Below, piece by piece: positions 10,018 through 19,857 of a stretch of DNA of 64,000 nucleotides. The notes under the pieces are model-generated. The model saw nothing but the letters and a program-made list of their open reading frames with translations. It ran no database searches and was not told where the DNA came from. This stretch comes from Cyanobacteria bacterium P01_A01_bin.123 (GTDB lineage: Bacteria > Cyanobacteriota > Cyanobacteriia > Phormidesmidales > Phormidesmidaceae): positions 78,436-142,435 of the forward strand of contig JBCBZT010000014.1 in the NCBI GenBank assembly GCA_039815185.1. Direction: 5' to 3'. Made by a program: the position numbers and the translations under genes. Positions within the stretch are counted from its first letter, which is position 1. Every line of letters starts with the position of its first letter.

Positions 10018-10593
10018 ATGTCTCTGCCCCTACCTACCGTCCTCCAGTCTTGCCGTCGTGTCTTAGGCCAGCTTCAGCGTCCGGTATTGAGTTTCACTTT
10101 GAGCTTGGGGTTAGCAACTGCCGGATGGCTAAGTGGCCCTGTGACAATGGAAGCTTTGGCAGAGTCAGAGCCCAGCCAATCAATTCAGTCCGAAGTGGTG
10201 CAGACTCAGCCTTTGCAAACTTCATTAGCAGATGGCATTTACTTCTACGGTCAGGTTCCCCAAACAGGGCAATTTGGGGTTGAATACGTTGTTTTCCAAG
10301 TTGTTGATCAGCAGGCTATTGGTGCATTCTTTATGCCTTCGTCTTCCTATGATTGCTTCCACGGTGAAATCACCCCAGACCGGATGGATTTAACGGTCAT
10401 CGGTAGCTACGATCAGACGCCCTCTAACTATGCGATCGCCTTGAGCCCTGCAATGACCCTGACAGCAGCAGCAGGTGAAACAGCAGTACCGCTCAGTCTC
10501 GCAGGCTATCATCCGATCGATACTGTTAGTGCTGCAGAGCAAGAATTGCTAGCGACCTGCGTTGTCGATTTACAGCCTGAGCTGGCGCTTTAG
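10018..10593 (+). CDS. conserved cyanobacterial hypothetical protein, probably exported
   Basis: Hydrophobic N-terminal segment and a DGIYFYGQ...YVVF...GAFFMPSSSYDCF pattern that I recognise from uncharacterised cyanobacterial proteins. Confidence 0.7.
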   Translation: MSLPLPTVLQSCRRVLGQLQRPVLSFTLSLGLATAGWLSGPVTMEALAESEPSQSIQSEVVQTQPLQTSLADGIYFYGQVPQTGQFGVEYVVFQVVDQQAIGAFFMPSSSYDCFHGEITPDRMDLTVIGSYDQTPSNYAIALSPAMTLTAAAGETAVPLSLAGYHPIDTVSAAEQELLATCVVDLQPELAL

Positions 10594-10719
10594 GGTGCAG
10601 GTTTGCATCGGGCAGGGAGTCGTTAGAATGAGCCTCCGGCCTAGGTAAATGAGCATTTATAGCGAAATTTCGGTAAGCTAGTCAGGGAAAAGTTCAGCCA
10701 GTGAGTCTTTGTTGTGGAT

Positions 10720-10911
10720 ATGATTCTGCCCGGTTCTCCCGTTCGTGTGACGAACTTAGACGATACCTATTACGGATTTCAAGGTCAGGTGCAGCGCATT
10801 AGCGATGGCAAAGTTGCGGTGTTATTTGAAGGCGGCAACTGGGATAAGCTGGTCACCTTCAACTTGTCAGAGCTTTCTCTAGTCGATAATCGCAAAGGCC
10901 GAAAGAAGTAG
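10720..10911 (+). CDS. ndhS: NAD(P)H dehydrogenase-like complex subunit S
   Basis: [10 protein letters not shown]...[31 protein letters not shown]. Confidence 0.95.
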   Translation: MILPGSPVRVTNLDDTYYGFQGQVQRISDGKVAVLFEGGNWDKLVTFNLSELSLVDNRKGRKK

Positions 10912-10923
10912 GGACTCATCACC

Positions 10924-11574
10924 ATGCGCCTACCGCTCCCCCAATTTTCGACCCAAGCCTTAGGCCAAGATCACATCGCTGAAGTCGTTGAGACGTCGAC
11001 CACCGAATTTTTGGCCCAATGTCTTGATCCTGATGCGTTGGCTTTCCCTGAGATGCCGCCCTTTGGGAGTTGGGTGACTGCCATCGATGAAGACACGAGC
11101 AACCAAATTTATGCGGTGGTTTACCATGCCACAACTAGCCCTATCGACTCAGTCCATCGGGCCCGAGCCCTGGGGTTATCCCTAGCAGATCTGCGGGAAC
11201 AACAGCCCCAGATTTTTGCCATGCTTAAGACCGAATTTCGAGCCGCTATCGTGGGTTATGAGGTTAGCGGTTCTGGGGGGACGGGAACGATTTATCAGCA
11301 TCTACCACCGCGCCCCCCCCAAGTTCATCAGGCAGTGTATCGCTGTTCTCCAAAAGCTGTATTGCGTTTTAGTGAGCGACTTGATTTTTTGCGCACGCTC
11401 TTGGATGTACCCGGTGCTCCTGTAGATAGCTTAGCGGCGGCAGCGATTCGTCATATTTATCAGCTCCGTAAAGCCGATCGGGCCTGGTTGGTACAGGCGG
11501 GGCGATCGCTGAGTGTGGTGCTTAAAGACGATTACGATCGGCTGCAAATTATTTTGAGCCAAATTCATATATGA
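10924..11574 (+). CDS. HAS-barrel domain-containing protein
   Basis: MRLPLPQF...HIAEVVETSTTEFLAQC...PPFGSWV...PPRPPQVHQAV, a cyanobacterial HAS-barrel-type family. Confidence 0.7.
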   Translation: MRLPLPQFSTQALGQDHIAEVVETSTTEFLAQCLDPDALAFPEMPPFGSWVTAIDEDTSNQIYAVVYHATTSPIDSVHRARALGLSLADLREQQPQIFAMLKTEFRAAIVGYEVSGSGGTGTIYQHLPPRPPQVHQAVYRCSPKAVLRFSERLDFLRTLLDVPGAPVDSLAAAAIRHIYQLRKADRAWLVQAGRSLSVVLKDDYDRLQIILSQIHI

Positions 11575-12749
11575 AAACCTATGACTGGATTGTGGTCGGC
11601 AATGGTCTGGCTGGGGCAGCTGTAGGGTATGAATTGACACATCTGGGGCATGATGTGCTGGTACTGGAGCAGTCAGAACAGTCCAACAGTGCAACCCGCT
11701 ATAGCTATGGTGGCGTGCCCTATTGGGCAGGCACCACGGAGATTACGCGACAGCTAGCGGCTGAGGGCATTGAACGCCACCGGAACCTGTCAGAGGAGCT
11801 GGGCAAGTCGACTGAATTTCGCGAACTGGACTTGTTGATGCCCATTGATGTTGGGATTGATCCGGTTGCGATCGCCCAAGACTACCAAAAGTTTGCCATT
11901 CCACCACAATTAATCAGTGTTGCCGAAGCCTGTGAGATAGAACCGCAACTCAATGCCGACGTGATTGCCGGGGCATTAATCGTCGGCCATGGGCACGTGA
12001 ATCCAATGGCTGTGGTGCAGGCCTATAACCACGCTATGGTGCAGCAGGGGGGTGAACTCAAGATTGCGCCCGTGACCGGGCTGGTGCGGATTGGCGATCG
12101 CGTCACTGGGGTTACGACGCTTACCCAAGCCTACGCAGCCGCGAATGTGATCATAGCTGCCGGTGCTTACAGCCGCCAGATGATGCAGGCCACTGGGTTG
12201 CCGATTAAGCTTTACTTTACCCAAGCTGAAATGGTGCGTACGCCCCCGGTTGACTTTCACCTGCGATCGCTGGTGATGCCTGCCGATCTCAAGCGGTTTG
12301 ACCTAGAAGATCAGGCCAGCAGCATTGAGATGGACAATTGCTGGGACGCTCCTAATGCAGCGCAAGATATTTTGCCCCCAATTCTTGATGCGGGGGCAAT
12401 TCAGCTTAAAGACGGCTCCCTCTGTATGGGGCAAATCAGCCGGGTGCGGCCAAGTTTGCATAGCGACGTCGATGCGGCCCAAAGTGAAGCCCAAATTCGC
12501 GCTATCAACGAAGCATGGATGCCGATTCTCAAGGGGATTCCTGGTACCTGGCATGCCTGCCCGGTGAGCTTTAGCCGCGATAAGCTGCCCTTAGTTGGGC
12601 CGATACCCAAGGTTACTGGCGTACATCTATTCACTGGATTTAGCAGCCCATTCTCCCTCCTGCCGCCGATTGCAGCCCGGTTTGCGCGCTGGGTTGACGG
12701 TGCAGAAGATGAGATGATTCCCCAGATGCGGCCCGACCGCTTTGCTTAG
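11571..12749 (+). CDS. FAD-dependent oxidoreductase (DAO/glycine oxidase family)
   Basis: Rossmann motif IVVGNGLAG, plus IIAAGAYS and DKLPLVGP. Confidence 0.88.
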   Translation: MKTYDWIVVGNGLAGAAVGYELTHLGHDVLVLEQSEQSNSATRYSYGGVPYWAGTTEITRQLAAEGIERHRNLSEELGKSTEFRELDLLMPIDVGIDPVAIAQDYQKFAIPPQLISVAEACEIEPQLNADVIAGALIVGHGHVNPMAVVQAYNHAMVQQGGELKIAPVTGLVRIGDRVTGVTTLTQAYAAANVIIAAGAYSRQMMQATGLPIKLYFTQAEMVRTPPVDFHLRSLVMPADLKRFDLEDQASSIEMDNCWDAPNAAQDILPPILDAGAIQLKDGSLCMGQISRVRPSLHSDVDAAQSEAQIRAINEAWMPILKGIPGTWHACPVSFSRDKLPLVGPIPKVTGVHLFTGFSSPFSLLPPIAARFARWVDGAEDEMIPQMRPDRFA

Positions 12750-12875
12750 GGCGTGTCATCAATTCAACGCGAAAAGCCTTATGGCTGAGCCTTGCCACGC
12801 CCGACCCAACTCAACGAGCTAGGGGCGATAGCTGTTTTTCTAAAAGCAATGGACAATCTAATTGACGGCAGCCCC
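12749..12875. mobile_element. MITE-like element (127 bp) with imperfect terminal inverted repeats
   Basis: Left end GGGCGTGTCATCAATT versus reverse complement of the right end GGGGCTGCCGTCAATT (12/16 match). Flanked by TA on both sides. Non-coding interior. Confidence 0.6.
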
Positions 12876-13131
12876 TAGACTTTACCGACAATGACCGGGT
12901 CAGCTTATGGAATGATTAATTGACTCTAATCTATGGATTGTTGAATAAGACTTTATTTTTATCAAGGGTGAATGATAGGCTGACATTACAGTCTTGGTGT
13001 GATGGCATTGTTATTGGGCTGTAGCAACTGTTGGGGGTCTTTACGGTTTAAGATTTTCTAAAGTATTCTCCACTGCGCGATCCCCTATCGATCTAAGGGT
13101 CTTCCTTTATTGACGCACGTTAGGTATTTCT

Positions 13132-15339
13132 ATGACCGCTGTAACTCCTAAACCCACCATTCCCGCGTTTTGCGAAGGCATTCAGTACTTTGGCGAAGCG
13201 CCACCCAATTTTGAGCGCTACGGCACTTCCCCTGTAATTGCGTCAGGACAGGCTGCGATCGCCTCTCCCAGTCATCCCGCTGCGGTTTATCAAACCCTGT
13301 TGGCCGCCGATGCCCTCCGTTATCTAACGCTACAAACGACGGCAACCAAGGCATCGGGGCATCCGGGTGGGTTCGCTAGCATTGCCGACGCGATCGCGTC
13401 CTTGGTGATGCTAGGCCACAAAAATCTGATTACTGAAGTCGGTCACCATGCCCCTGGGTTTTACAGCACGGTCTTTCTCGATCGCTCCCTAGAGGCGATG
13501 GGCATTGAAACCGTACAGCAGCTTGGTGAACGGTTTCGCGAAACCCACGGTTTGTTGGGTCACCTTTCCGGTCAAATTCCGGGCTTGCTCAACCCTGCAG
13601 GCCCTCTAGGGCAGGGGCAACACTTTGCCATGGCGGGGGCCCGCCTCCATCCTGGTATCCTCTTCCCCGTCACCATTGGTGATGGGGGTTTGGGGGAACC
13701 CTACATCATGAGTAGCTTTGGCCACTTTCACACGGCCTACCCTGGTGTAACCAACTTCCTGCCGATACTGGTATGGAACGGCTACTCCCAAGAGCACCAC
13801 AGTATGGTTTCCACTCAGTCCAATGAAGATATGGTGGCGTACTGGCGGGGTAATGGCTTTGAAAAAGTCATTTTGGTGGATGCTAAAGCTTTCGATGATG
13901 CCGGCCAACCCGGTGATTATGTGGACAGCACGGCGTTTTCGTTCCAGCAGCGACTTGCCTTTACCCAAGCTGTGCTAGAAGCGACTGACCGCGCTGCCCA
14001 AGCAGCCCTCGACGGCACCCTCACCGTGCTGATTGTCAAACAGCTTAAGGGCGCTGGAGTGCACAAACGGGGAGCCCAATCCCACAACCTTTACCCGGGT
14101 GACACGCTGGAAAAAGACTATATTGTGTCCGCCCTCCAGGCGCGATCGCTGCCTGCGGCTGCCTGGCAAACCGTACGCACCAATTTTGAACGAGCTAACG
14201 GCGGCCCTTCCTCCAGTACAGCCGTTACCGAATCTGAATATGCCATCCCTGACTTGGGCGCTATTCCCCTCAATGAATTTCCGGTTGGGGGTGACAAACA
14301 GATCGCAACCACTGCGATGGGTCATCTAGTGGCTTATGTCGGGCAACAAGATCCACAATTTGTTGTGGCGAATGCCGATGGTAACGCCGCCTCCGGTATC
14401 AACAACATCAACGTTGCACTCAAAATTATCCACCCCACTGCTGATACGACCTACTATCAGCAGCCCCAAGGCCAAGTCTATGAACCCTTGAGCGAAGATG
14501 CCTGTGCTGGGTTCGCGGCTGGCGCTGCTCTGTTCGGTGCCCGCACCCTATGGTGTTCCTACGAGTCTTTTGCCATCAATGGATTACCCATTTGGCAAAC
14601 CGTGACTCAGGCGATGGCTGAGCTGCGTCGCCCGACTCCGTCCACCATTACCCTGTTCACAGCGGGGGCGCTAGAACAAGGTCGTAACGGCTGGACCCAC
14701 CAACGCCCAGAAATTGAAAATTACTTTGCGGGGATGATGCGCAACGGCAATGTATTTCCCCTCTTCCCGACTGACGCCAACGGGATTCAAGCCTGCTATG
14801 AGTGGGCATTGACAACGAAAAACAAAGGCATCACGATCACTGCTAGTAAGTCGCCGTTACCTATTCGCACAACTTTGGATCAAACCCGGCAGGCACTGGA
14901 AAAAGGGGCGATCGTCCTAGAATCTACCCCTGGCGATAAAACCGTCGTTTTTGCCGTGATTGGTGACATGACGCTGCTGCCTGTCTACGAAGCCGCCACC
15001 CAGTTGGCAACCCAGGGCATTGGTTCTCGCATTGTGAGCGTGGTCAATCCGCGACGGCTCTATCGCCCTACCGACGTCGCCTGGGAGAGCTGTTCCCAAG
15101 CCGATGGCGACTTTCTCAGCGATGCCGACTTCGGAGAGCTTTTTGCGGGTGATATCTTGCTAGGCATTACAGGGGGTACCAGTGCAACTCTAGAACCCGT
15201 GATGTTGCGCTCTACCTTACCCAGAGATGTATTTGCTTGGAAACGCGGTGAAACGACTGCGAGCGCAGCAAAACTGATGGCTTTAAACGGCATCACCGCC
15301 GAGAATTTCGTCAGCCGTGCTCAGCAACTTTTGGCGTAA
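13132..15339 (+). CDS. ThDP-dependent phosphoketolase/transketolase-like enzyme
   Basis: SGHPGG, GPLGQG, ThDP motif GDGGLGE...VWN, EPLSEDAC and QGRNGWTHQRPE. Confidence 0.85.
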   Translation: MTAVTPKPTIPAFCEGIQYFGEAPPNFERYGTSPVIASGQAAIASPSHPAAVYQTLLAADALRYLTLQTTATKASGHPGGFASIADAIASLVMLGHKNLITEVGHHAPGFYSTVFLDRSLEAMGIETVQQLGERFRETHGLLGHLSGQIPGLLNPAGPLGQGQHFAMAGARLHPGILFPVTIGDGGLGEPYIMSSFGHFHTAYPGVTNFLPILVWNGYSQEHHSMVSTQSNEDMVAYWRGNGFEKVILVDAKAFDDAGQPGDYVDSTAFSFQQRLAFTQAVLEATDRAAQAALDGTLTVLIVKQLKGAGVHKRGAQSHNLYPGDTLEKDYIVSALQARSLPAAAWQTVRTNFERANGGPSSSTAVTESEYAIPDLGAIPLNEFPVGGDKQIATTAMGHLVAYVGQQDPQFVVANADGNAASGINNINVALKIIHPTADTTYYQQPQGQVYEPLSEDACAGFAAGAALFGARTLWCSYESFAINGLPIWQTVTQAMAELRRPTPSTITLFTAGALEQGRNGWTHQRPEIENYFAGMMRNGNVFPLFPTDANGIQACYEWALTTKNKGITITASKSPLPIRTTLDQTRQALEKGAIVLESTPGDKTVVFAVIGDMTLLPVYEAATQLATQGIGSRIVSVVNPRRLYRPTDVAWESCSQADGDFLSDADFGELFAGDILLGITGGTSATLEPVMLRSTLPRDVFAWKRGETTASAAKLMALNGITAENFVSRAQQLLA

Positions 15340-16123
15340 AGGTCAACTGATAGCGATAGAGCGCTACCGGACGATTTAAGGCTTTGAAATAGTCTGGATC
15401 TCGGGAAGATAGATAAATTGCCGTGACTTGATTGGCTGTAATCACGGCCTCGTTATCCTCTTCCACCTGAGAGTAAGCTGTCGTTGTTTCCACTTCGTTC
15501 AAGAAGGGCTGGGTAGTACCTCGAAACACTTGCTGAAATATTTCTGAGGTAACAAATTTATCCGCTGAGGGCGACTCTGTGGCTCGAGCGGTGATGGTGG
15601 AAACCAACTGGCGATCGCCCCTTAAAATCGTAATCTGACGGTTAGGATTATCCGGGTCAACCTTAACCGCTTTGACAGCCTCGTCTCCCAAATAGGCTCG
15701 TGCTAAACTCAGCCCGTTGTAGGCTCGGTCTGAAACTATCTCTGGTGCAGACTGCTTGAGCTGGGGCAAAAATCGATTGAAATGACGCGGAGTTGCCGGG
15801 ACAAACTTGACTAAGCAATCAACTGGACGGTTCAAGTATTGACGATTGCCTTCAAAGCCAGGCGTAATGATTTCTGGAGCTAAAGGCGCAACCATATCTA
15901 TCAACACTGTGCGCATTTTCCAGGTTCCCGCCATCCAAGTAGGATAGGCCAAATCGCCCTCGGCCACATCAACTGGAGGTTTGCCCTCCCATTGGGGGAA
16001 TTGGACCAAGCGATCGCTGAGGTCTCCAGCCCTAGCTTCACCACTGCAAAAGAGCCATACTAGCAGCAACAGCGTAATCAAAAAAAGTTTGCGTCGAATG
16101 CGTTTGGGCTGCCAACGGGACAT
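15311..16123 (-). CDS. conserved hypothetical exported protein (DUF6816-like)
   Basis: Signal-peptide-like N-terminus and DLAYPTWMAGTW, SDRAYN, EVETTTAY patterns that I recall from cyanobacterial/plastid proteins. Confidence 0.65.
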   Translation of the reverse strand: MSRWQPKRIRRKLFLITLLLLVWLFCSGEARAGDLSDRLVQFPQWEGKPPVDVAEGDLAYPTWMAGTWKMRTVLIDMVAPLAPEIITPGFEGNRQYLNRPVDCLVKFVPATPRHFNRFLPQLKQSAPEIVSDRAYNGLSLARAYLGDEAVKAVKVDPDNPNRQITILRGDRQLVSTITARATESPSADKFVTSEIFQQVFRGTTQPFLNEVETTTAYSQVEEDNEAVITANQVTAIYLSSRDPDYFKALNRPVALYRYQLTFTPKVAEHG

Positions 16124-16157
16124 AGTTATCGTTTAAGGGATGTCTCAAATCAATTTT

Positions 16158-16862
16158 TCAAGCTTTTTTTTCTGTGCTGAGCCTGTGCTCAGATTTTGGA
16201 TACATTACTCGGAATAACGTTTGCTCGCATATACCCCAGTAATAGATACATACATTGAGGATAGCCAGCATTTTCGTACCATCTTCTAACAAAGCAGGTG
16301 TTCCCTTACCGGGGAGTTTAGCAACATCTGAAATGCCTGAAATAATTAGCAGCACTAGTGCAATGAGAAGTAAAATATAAGGTGTTGACAATAAAATTTT
16401 TCGATAAATCCACCCATATGCGACAACTGAAATTCCATAGGTTAGATATGAAATTAGCTTGGGGACACTTAGGAAAACTTTAAATATCAGTGTCAACCTA
16501 AATAAGTCGTCAGCCAAAAAAATGGTAAGAAGAATTGCTGAAGACAAAATGAATCTCTTATAAATACTCCTGACTTTGTGAGAACGTAAAAACAGATATG
16601 TAAACCAACAGATACCAACGGCTACACACCAGAAAAAATCAGATATACCAGTAAACAAGCCATAAAAAGGAAATGTATCTGAGAAAAAATCTGAAAATAA
16701 CGTGTTGATAATATAGCCACGTTTTCCACCTCCAAGTTTCGCGTAAATGCCGAGAAACATGAAAGTTGAGAGAAAGAAAAGATTTAAAAGACTAAAAGGA
16801 AGACTAGTTCTTAAAAAAAGAATACTTTCACGAATACCAAAGGTTTTGGATAAAAAAAACAT
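16158..16862 (-). CDS. polytopic membrane protein of unknown function (polysaccharide locus)
   Basis: About six hydrophobic segments with LADDLF and LLEDGTK motifs. AT-rich DNA. Confidence 0.7.
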   Translation of the reverse strand: MFFLSKTFGIRESILFLRTSLPFSLLNLFFLSTFMFLGIYAKLGGGKRGYIINTLFSDFFSDTFPFYGLFTGISDFFWCVAVGICWFTYLFLRSHKVRSIYKRFILSSAILLTIFLADDLFRLTLIFKVFLSVPKLISYLTYGISVVAYGWIYRKILLSTPYILLLIALVLLIISGISDVAKLPGKGTPALLEDGTKMLAILNVCIYYWGICEQTLFRVMYPKSEHRLSTEKKA

Positions 16863-17068
16863 TGACTTACATACTCTCGTAAAAGAAAACCACCCTACAT
16901 ATATGTAAAATCTAGAATCCTGTTCAAACCAACCAAATATTAACGAATTTTGAAATTTTAGGACGACAAGCCTAGACTAGGAGGCTAGCTAGACCAGTAA
17001 GGAGAAAGTATCAAAATCTATCAAGCCTTAAACGGCTATATTAGTCTGTAGATATATATAAATCACAA

Positions 17069-17755
17069 CTAGTATTGATAATTCAGAAGCCCAATTTCAC
17101 GATGGCAAATCTCTTCAATCATCGATTGTGATTCTTTGCTTAAGATTTGCTTGTAGTTTAGATTCTTGGGACGATTATTATACTTTGTCTTTGGGATATT
17201 AAGAGCGCTAGGCAGACCTAAAATTTTGGAGACTTTCTCCAGTTCATAATCTAGGTCTTCAAATCGAGCGATGTAGTCTACGGCTATTTCACCTAAAATA
17301 CTGTAAATTCCAAAGTTGGAAATCTTATTTGAATCTTCACGTTGTAAAAAGCTACATAGACTCGGAGGTTCAGACAAGCCTGCGGTCTTCCAGTAGTACC
17401 ATGATACAGCTTTATCCCACGGATTTCGTTCAAAGCAGAATTTAAAGTAATTATTCCATACTGATTGAGGAATAGTAGCCCGGACATCTTGGGCTGTTGT
17501 ATGGTTGACATACTGGATACGGCTTCTTGTTTTCAAAAGCTTTAGCCAAGCATAGAAGTGGTAGTTTCGGATTGATGGAATATAGTTTTGTTTGCCAAGA
17601 CCTGTATGGGCGTGGCGAATTTTTTCATCTTTGGGCACGAGAGGAGCAAGAACATCTTTTCTCTCACAATGATGAGATAAGCCAATTTCTATACTTGTTC
17701 CAGCTGTTTTTCGGGTCTTGAGAAAGATAAATTTATACTTGTGGCAGATGATCAT
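17069..17755 (-). CDS. sulfotransferase family 2 protein
   Basis: 5'-PAPS loop FIFLKTRKTAGTSI, 3'-PB motif FERNPWDKAVSWY, and RFEDL. Confidence 0.88.
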   Translation of the reverse strand: MIICHKYKFIFLKTRKTAGTSIEIGLSHHCERKDVLAPLVPKDEKIRHAHTGLGKQNYIPSIRNYHFYAWLKLLKTRSRIQYVNHTTAQDVRATIPQSVWNNYFKFCFERNPWDKAVSWYYWKTAGLSEPPSLCSFLQREDSNKISNFGIYSILGEIAVDYIARFEDLDYELEKVSKILGLPSALNIPKTKYNNRPKNLNYKQILSKESQSMIEEICHREIGLLNYQY

Positions 17756-17891
17756 TTTAATAACCCTGATTCCTAACTTTAGAAGCTGTGATCAAATCAA
17801 CTCGAGACTTGGAGCGTGAAGCTGCTTAATTGAATTAGTGAGTTGAAACAGACTCGCGAAAGGTTGTAGTGAATCCGAATATTTCTGCTTT

Positions 17892-18746
17892 TTAGTACAA
17901 AAACCAATCTGAAATATCTAAGTTGTACTCGCTCTCAAGCCTAACTAGATCATCACTCAAAGCATCAAGTATAAATTTCTTCTGGACTTCAGTTAGAGGA
18001 GAAACAGTCTTGCTGTCATTGAGCAGTGGCTTAGCCAATACACCCCGAACTTTATTTTTAAGAGGATCTGGTGCCAAGTTCTTCAACGGTTTCCAGTAAC
18101 GTGAGTTCCTTAGTAAATGCCAGATTGTATCAGTTCTGTAGGAATTCTCAGAGTTATGTACCTTACCGAGAGAAAATTTGAAAGATGAATCTAGGTCTAG
18201 GAAGTTGCAAACATTCTCCATCACAATACTAGGCTTATCCCTAAGATCCTCAGTTTTCAGGAGAAGAATATTTTCAAGAGAAAAACCATCGACAAATTTA
18301 TCGACTATTACAGCATATCTAGCACGTTCAATTACCTCCGCAGGAACACTCGTCGGTGTCTCTTTTTTTAGGAATTCAGAATACCAACCCTGATAGGTAC
18401 CATGCCTCCTCATTGACTCGATCTTCTGTACAGGATTTCTCAGAAGATAGATAAATTTAAATTCTGACTCTATAGTTTTTATGCGCTGAATAACCGTTTC
18501 TACTGCCAGTAAAGAATTAGTATAGCTAGGAGATGCTTCTAAAGCTGTCAAATGTTTATCCGGATCCCACTCCCATAAATCTCTATAATACTCAATTCCC
18601 TTAGTCCATTGATGATCCTTGGAAAAGAAATTGGTTTCTTTGATTTTAGAAACTGAGATTTGTGGATGTTGAGATAAATACGAAAATAAACTTGTTGTTC
18701 CTCCCTTTTGAGTACCTATAATTATACTAAGATTATTTATCTCCAT
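17892..18746 (-). CDS. sulfotransferase family 1 protein
   Basis: IIGTQKGGTTSL, KETNFF, EASPSY and LRNPVQKIES. Confidence 0.92.
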   Translation of the reverse strand: MEINNLSIIIGTQKGGTTSLFSYLSQHPQISVSKIKETNFFSKDHQWTKGIEYYRDLWEWDPDKHLTALEASPSYTNSLLAVETVIQRIKTIESEFKFIYLLRNPVQKIESMRRHGTYQGWYSEFLKKETPTSVPAEVIERARYAVIVDKFVDGFSLENILLLKTEDLRDKPSIVMENVCNFLDLDSSFKFSLGKVHNSENSYRTDTIWHLLRNSRYWKPLKNLAPDPLKNKVRGVLAKPLLNDSKTVSPLTEVQKKFILDALSDDLVRLESEYNLDISDWFLY

Positions 18747-18937
18747 AGCTATTCCCAGAAATGAAAGTCCAGTAGACGACTAACTCCGAAAGATGTTTTA
18801 AGAACTCTCTGAACTGAATTTGGTTATCTAAGTCATCCAAGAATCAAGATAAAACTCTTCTTTAGACTTCTAGATCCAAAAAAAAGTTAAAGTTTTAAAT
18901 TTCCTTTGGCTTTACTGGAGATTCAACAGGAACAAAA

Positions 18938-19837
18938 TCAGGATCCGCCTACTCTTTCTTCTCGGAAGGCACTAATTTCTGCTTTAGAATAAAAATGATT
19001 AACGTATTTAGACAAATACATTTTGTCTAAATAGCTTTCAGGAAGTGAAAGGGTTTTCTTAAATAACTTGTAACATTGAGCATAGCTTTTATCTGCCCCA
19101 ATGTTCTCAGACTTTACTTCAAAGTCCTTGATTCCTAAAAAAATGTTGAATGCTTCCGCTACTACTTGGTTGAGAACTTCTAATTTTAATATTAAAACAT
19201 CTGCTTGCTCACCTTCGCATATCTGATACCCTCTTTCCATGTCAAAGGGAATTGAAAAAACATCGATCCCGAAAGTTGGCTTCATTTCTAAATCAAACCA
19301 GCTTAATGGTACATCATGGTATGAGAACTCTTCTAAAAAAAGCCTTTTCAATTCATCAAGTATAGACTCCATATTATCTGTTTTGATTTTCTCTCTTAAA
19401 GAGAAACCAAATAGATACTCAAGATTTTGAAAGAAACTAGATATATTCTTAGCCACTGGATCTCTGGTAAGAGTAATGACCTTTAGCTTTTCTCTCTTTG
19501 ATTGTTTTAGATATCTCCTGATATAAAAGCTATGTATGAGTGGGGTATGAATAGCCTGTATTCGAGAATAGTTTTCTCTATAAAAGCCTTCACTTTTATG
19601 GAGGCCTGGATCAGATAAATAATGAGTATGATATATGGAATATTTGTCTGGATCCGGGTTGAGGGTTTTTAATGATTCATATATAGCTGTGGAAGCGACT
19701 TTTCCCATTTGATGAACAACTATGGGCTGCTTGTTAGTTGAACTATCTAAGAATAATACTTTTAGATGATGATATGCTCTCGCAAAATGGTAATTGCTTC
19801 TCAGTATTTTCTGAAAGAGTATTTTAGGTGATTCCAT
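18938..19837 (-). CDS. putative capsular polysaccharide synthesis protein (sulfotransferase-like fold)
   Basis: HQMGKVAST, YHTHY, LTRDPVAKNISSFFQN, WFDLEM and HFYS motifs. Confidence 0.8.
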   Translation of the reverse strand: MESPKILFQKILRSNYHFARAYHHLKVLFLDSSTNKQPIVVHQMGKVASTAIYESLKTLNPDPDKYSIYHTHYLSDPGLHKSEGFYRENYSRIQAIHTPLIHSFYIRRYLKQSKREKLKVITLTRDPVAKNISSFFQNLEYLFGFSLREKIKTDNMESILDELKRLFLEEFSYHDVPLSWFDLEMKPTFGIDVFSIPFDMERGYQICEGEQADVLILKLEVLNQVVAEAFNIFLGIKDFEVKSENIGADKSYAQCYKLFKKTLSLPESYLDKMYLSKYVNHFYSKAEISAFREERVGGS

Positions 19838-19857
19838 CTCAAGAAAATTTTGAACCT

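Noticed and set aside
10600..10700. AGCCTCCGGCCTA resembles part of a c-di-GMP-I riboswitch upstream of ndhS
   Set aside because: The GGCAAA and GACGCAAA elements and the GNRA-capped stem are missing.
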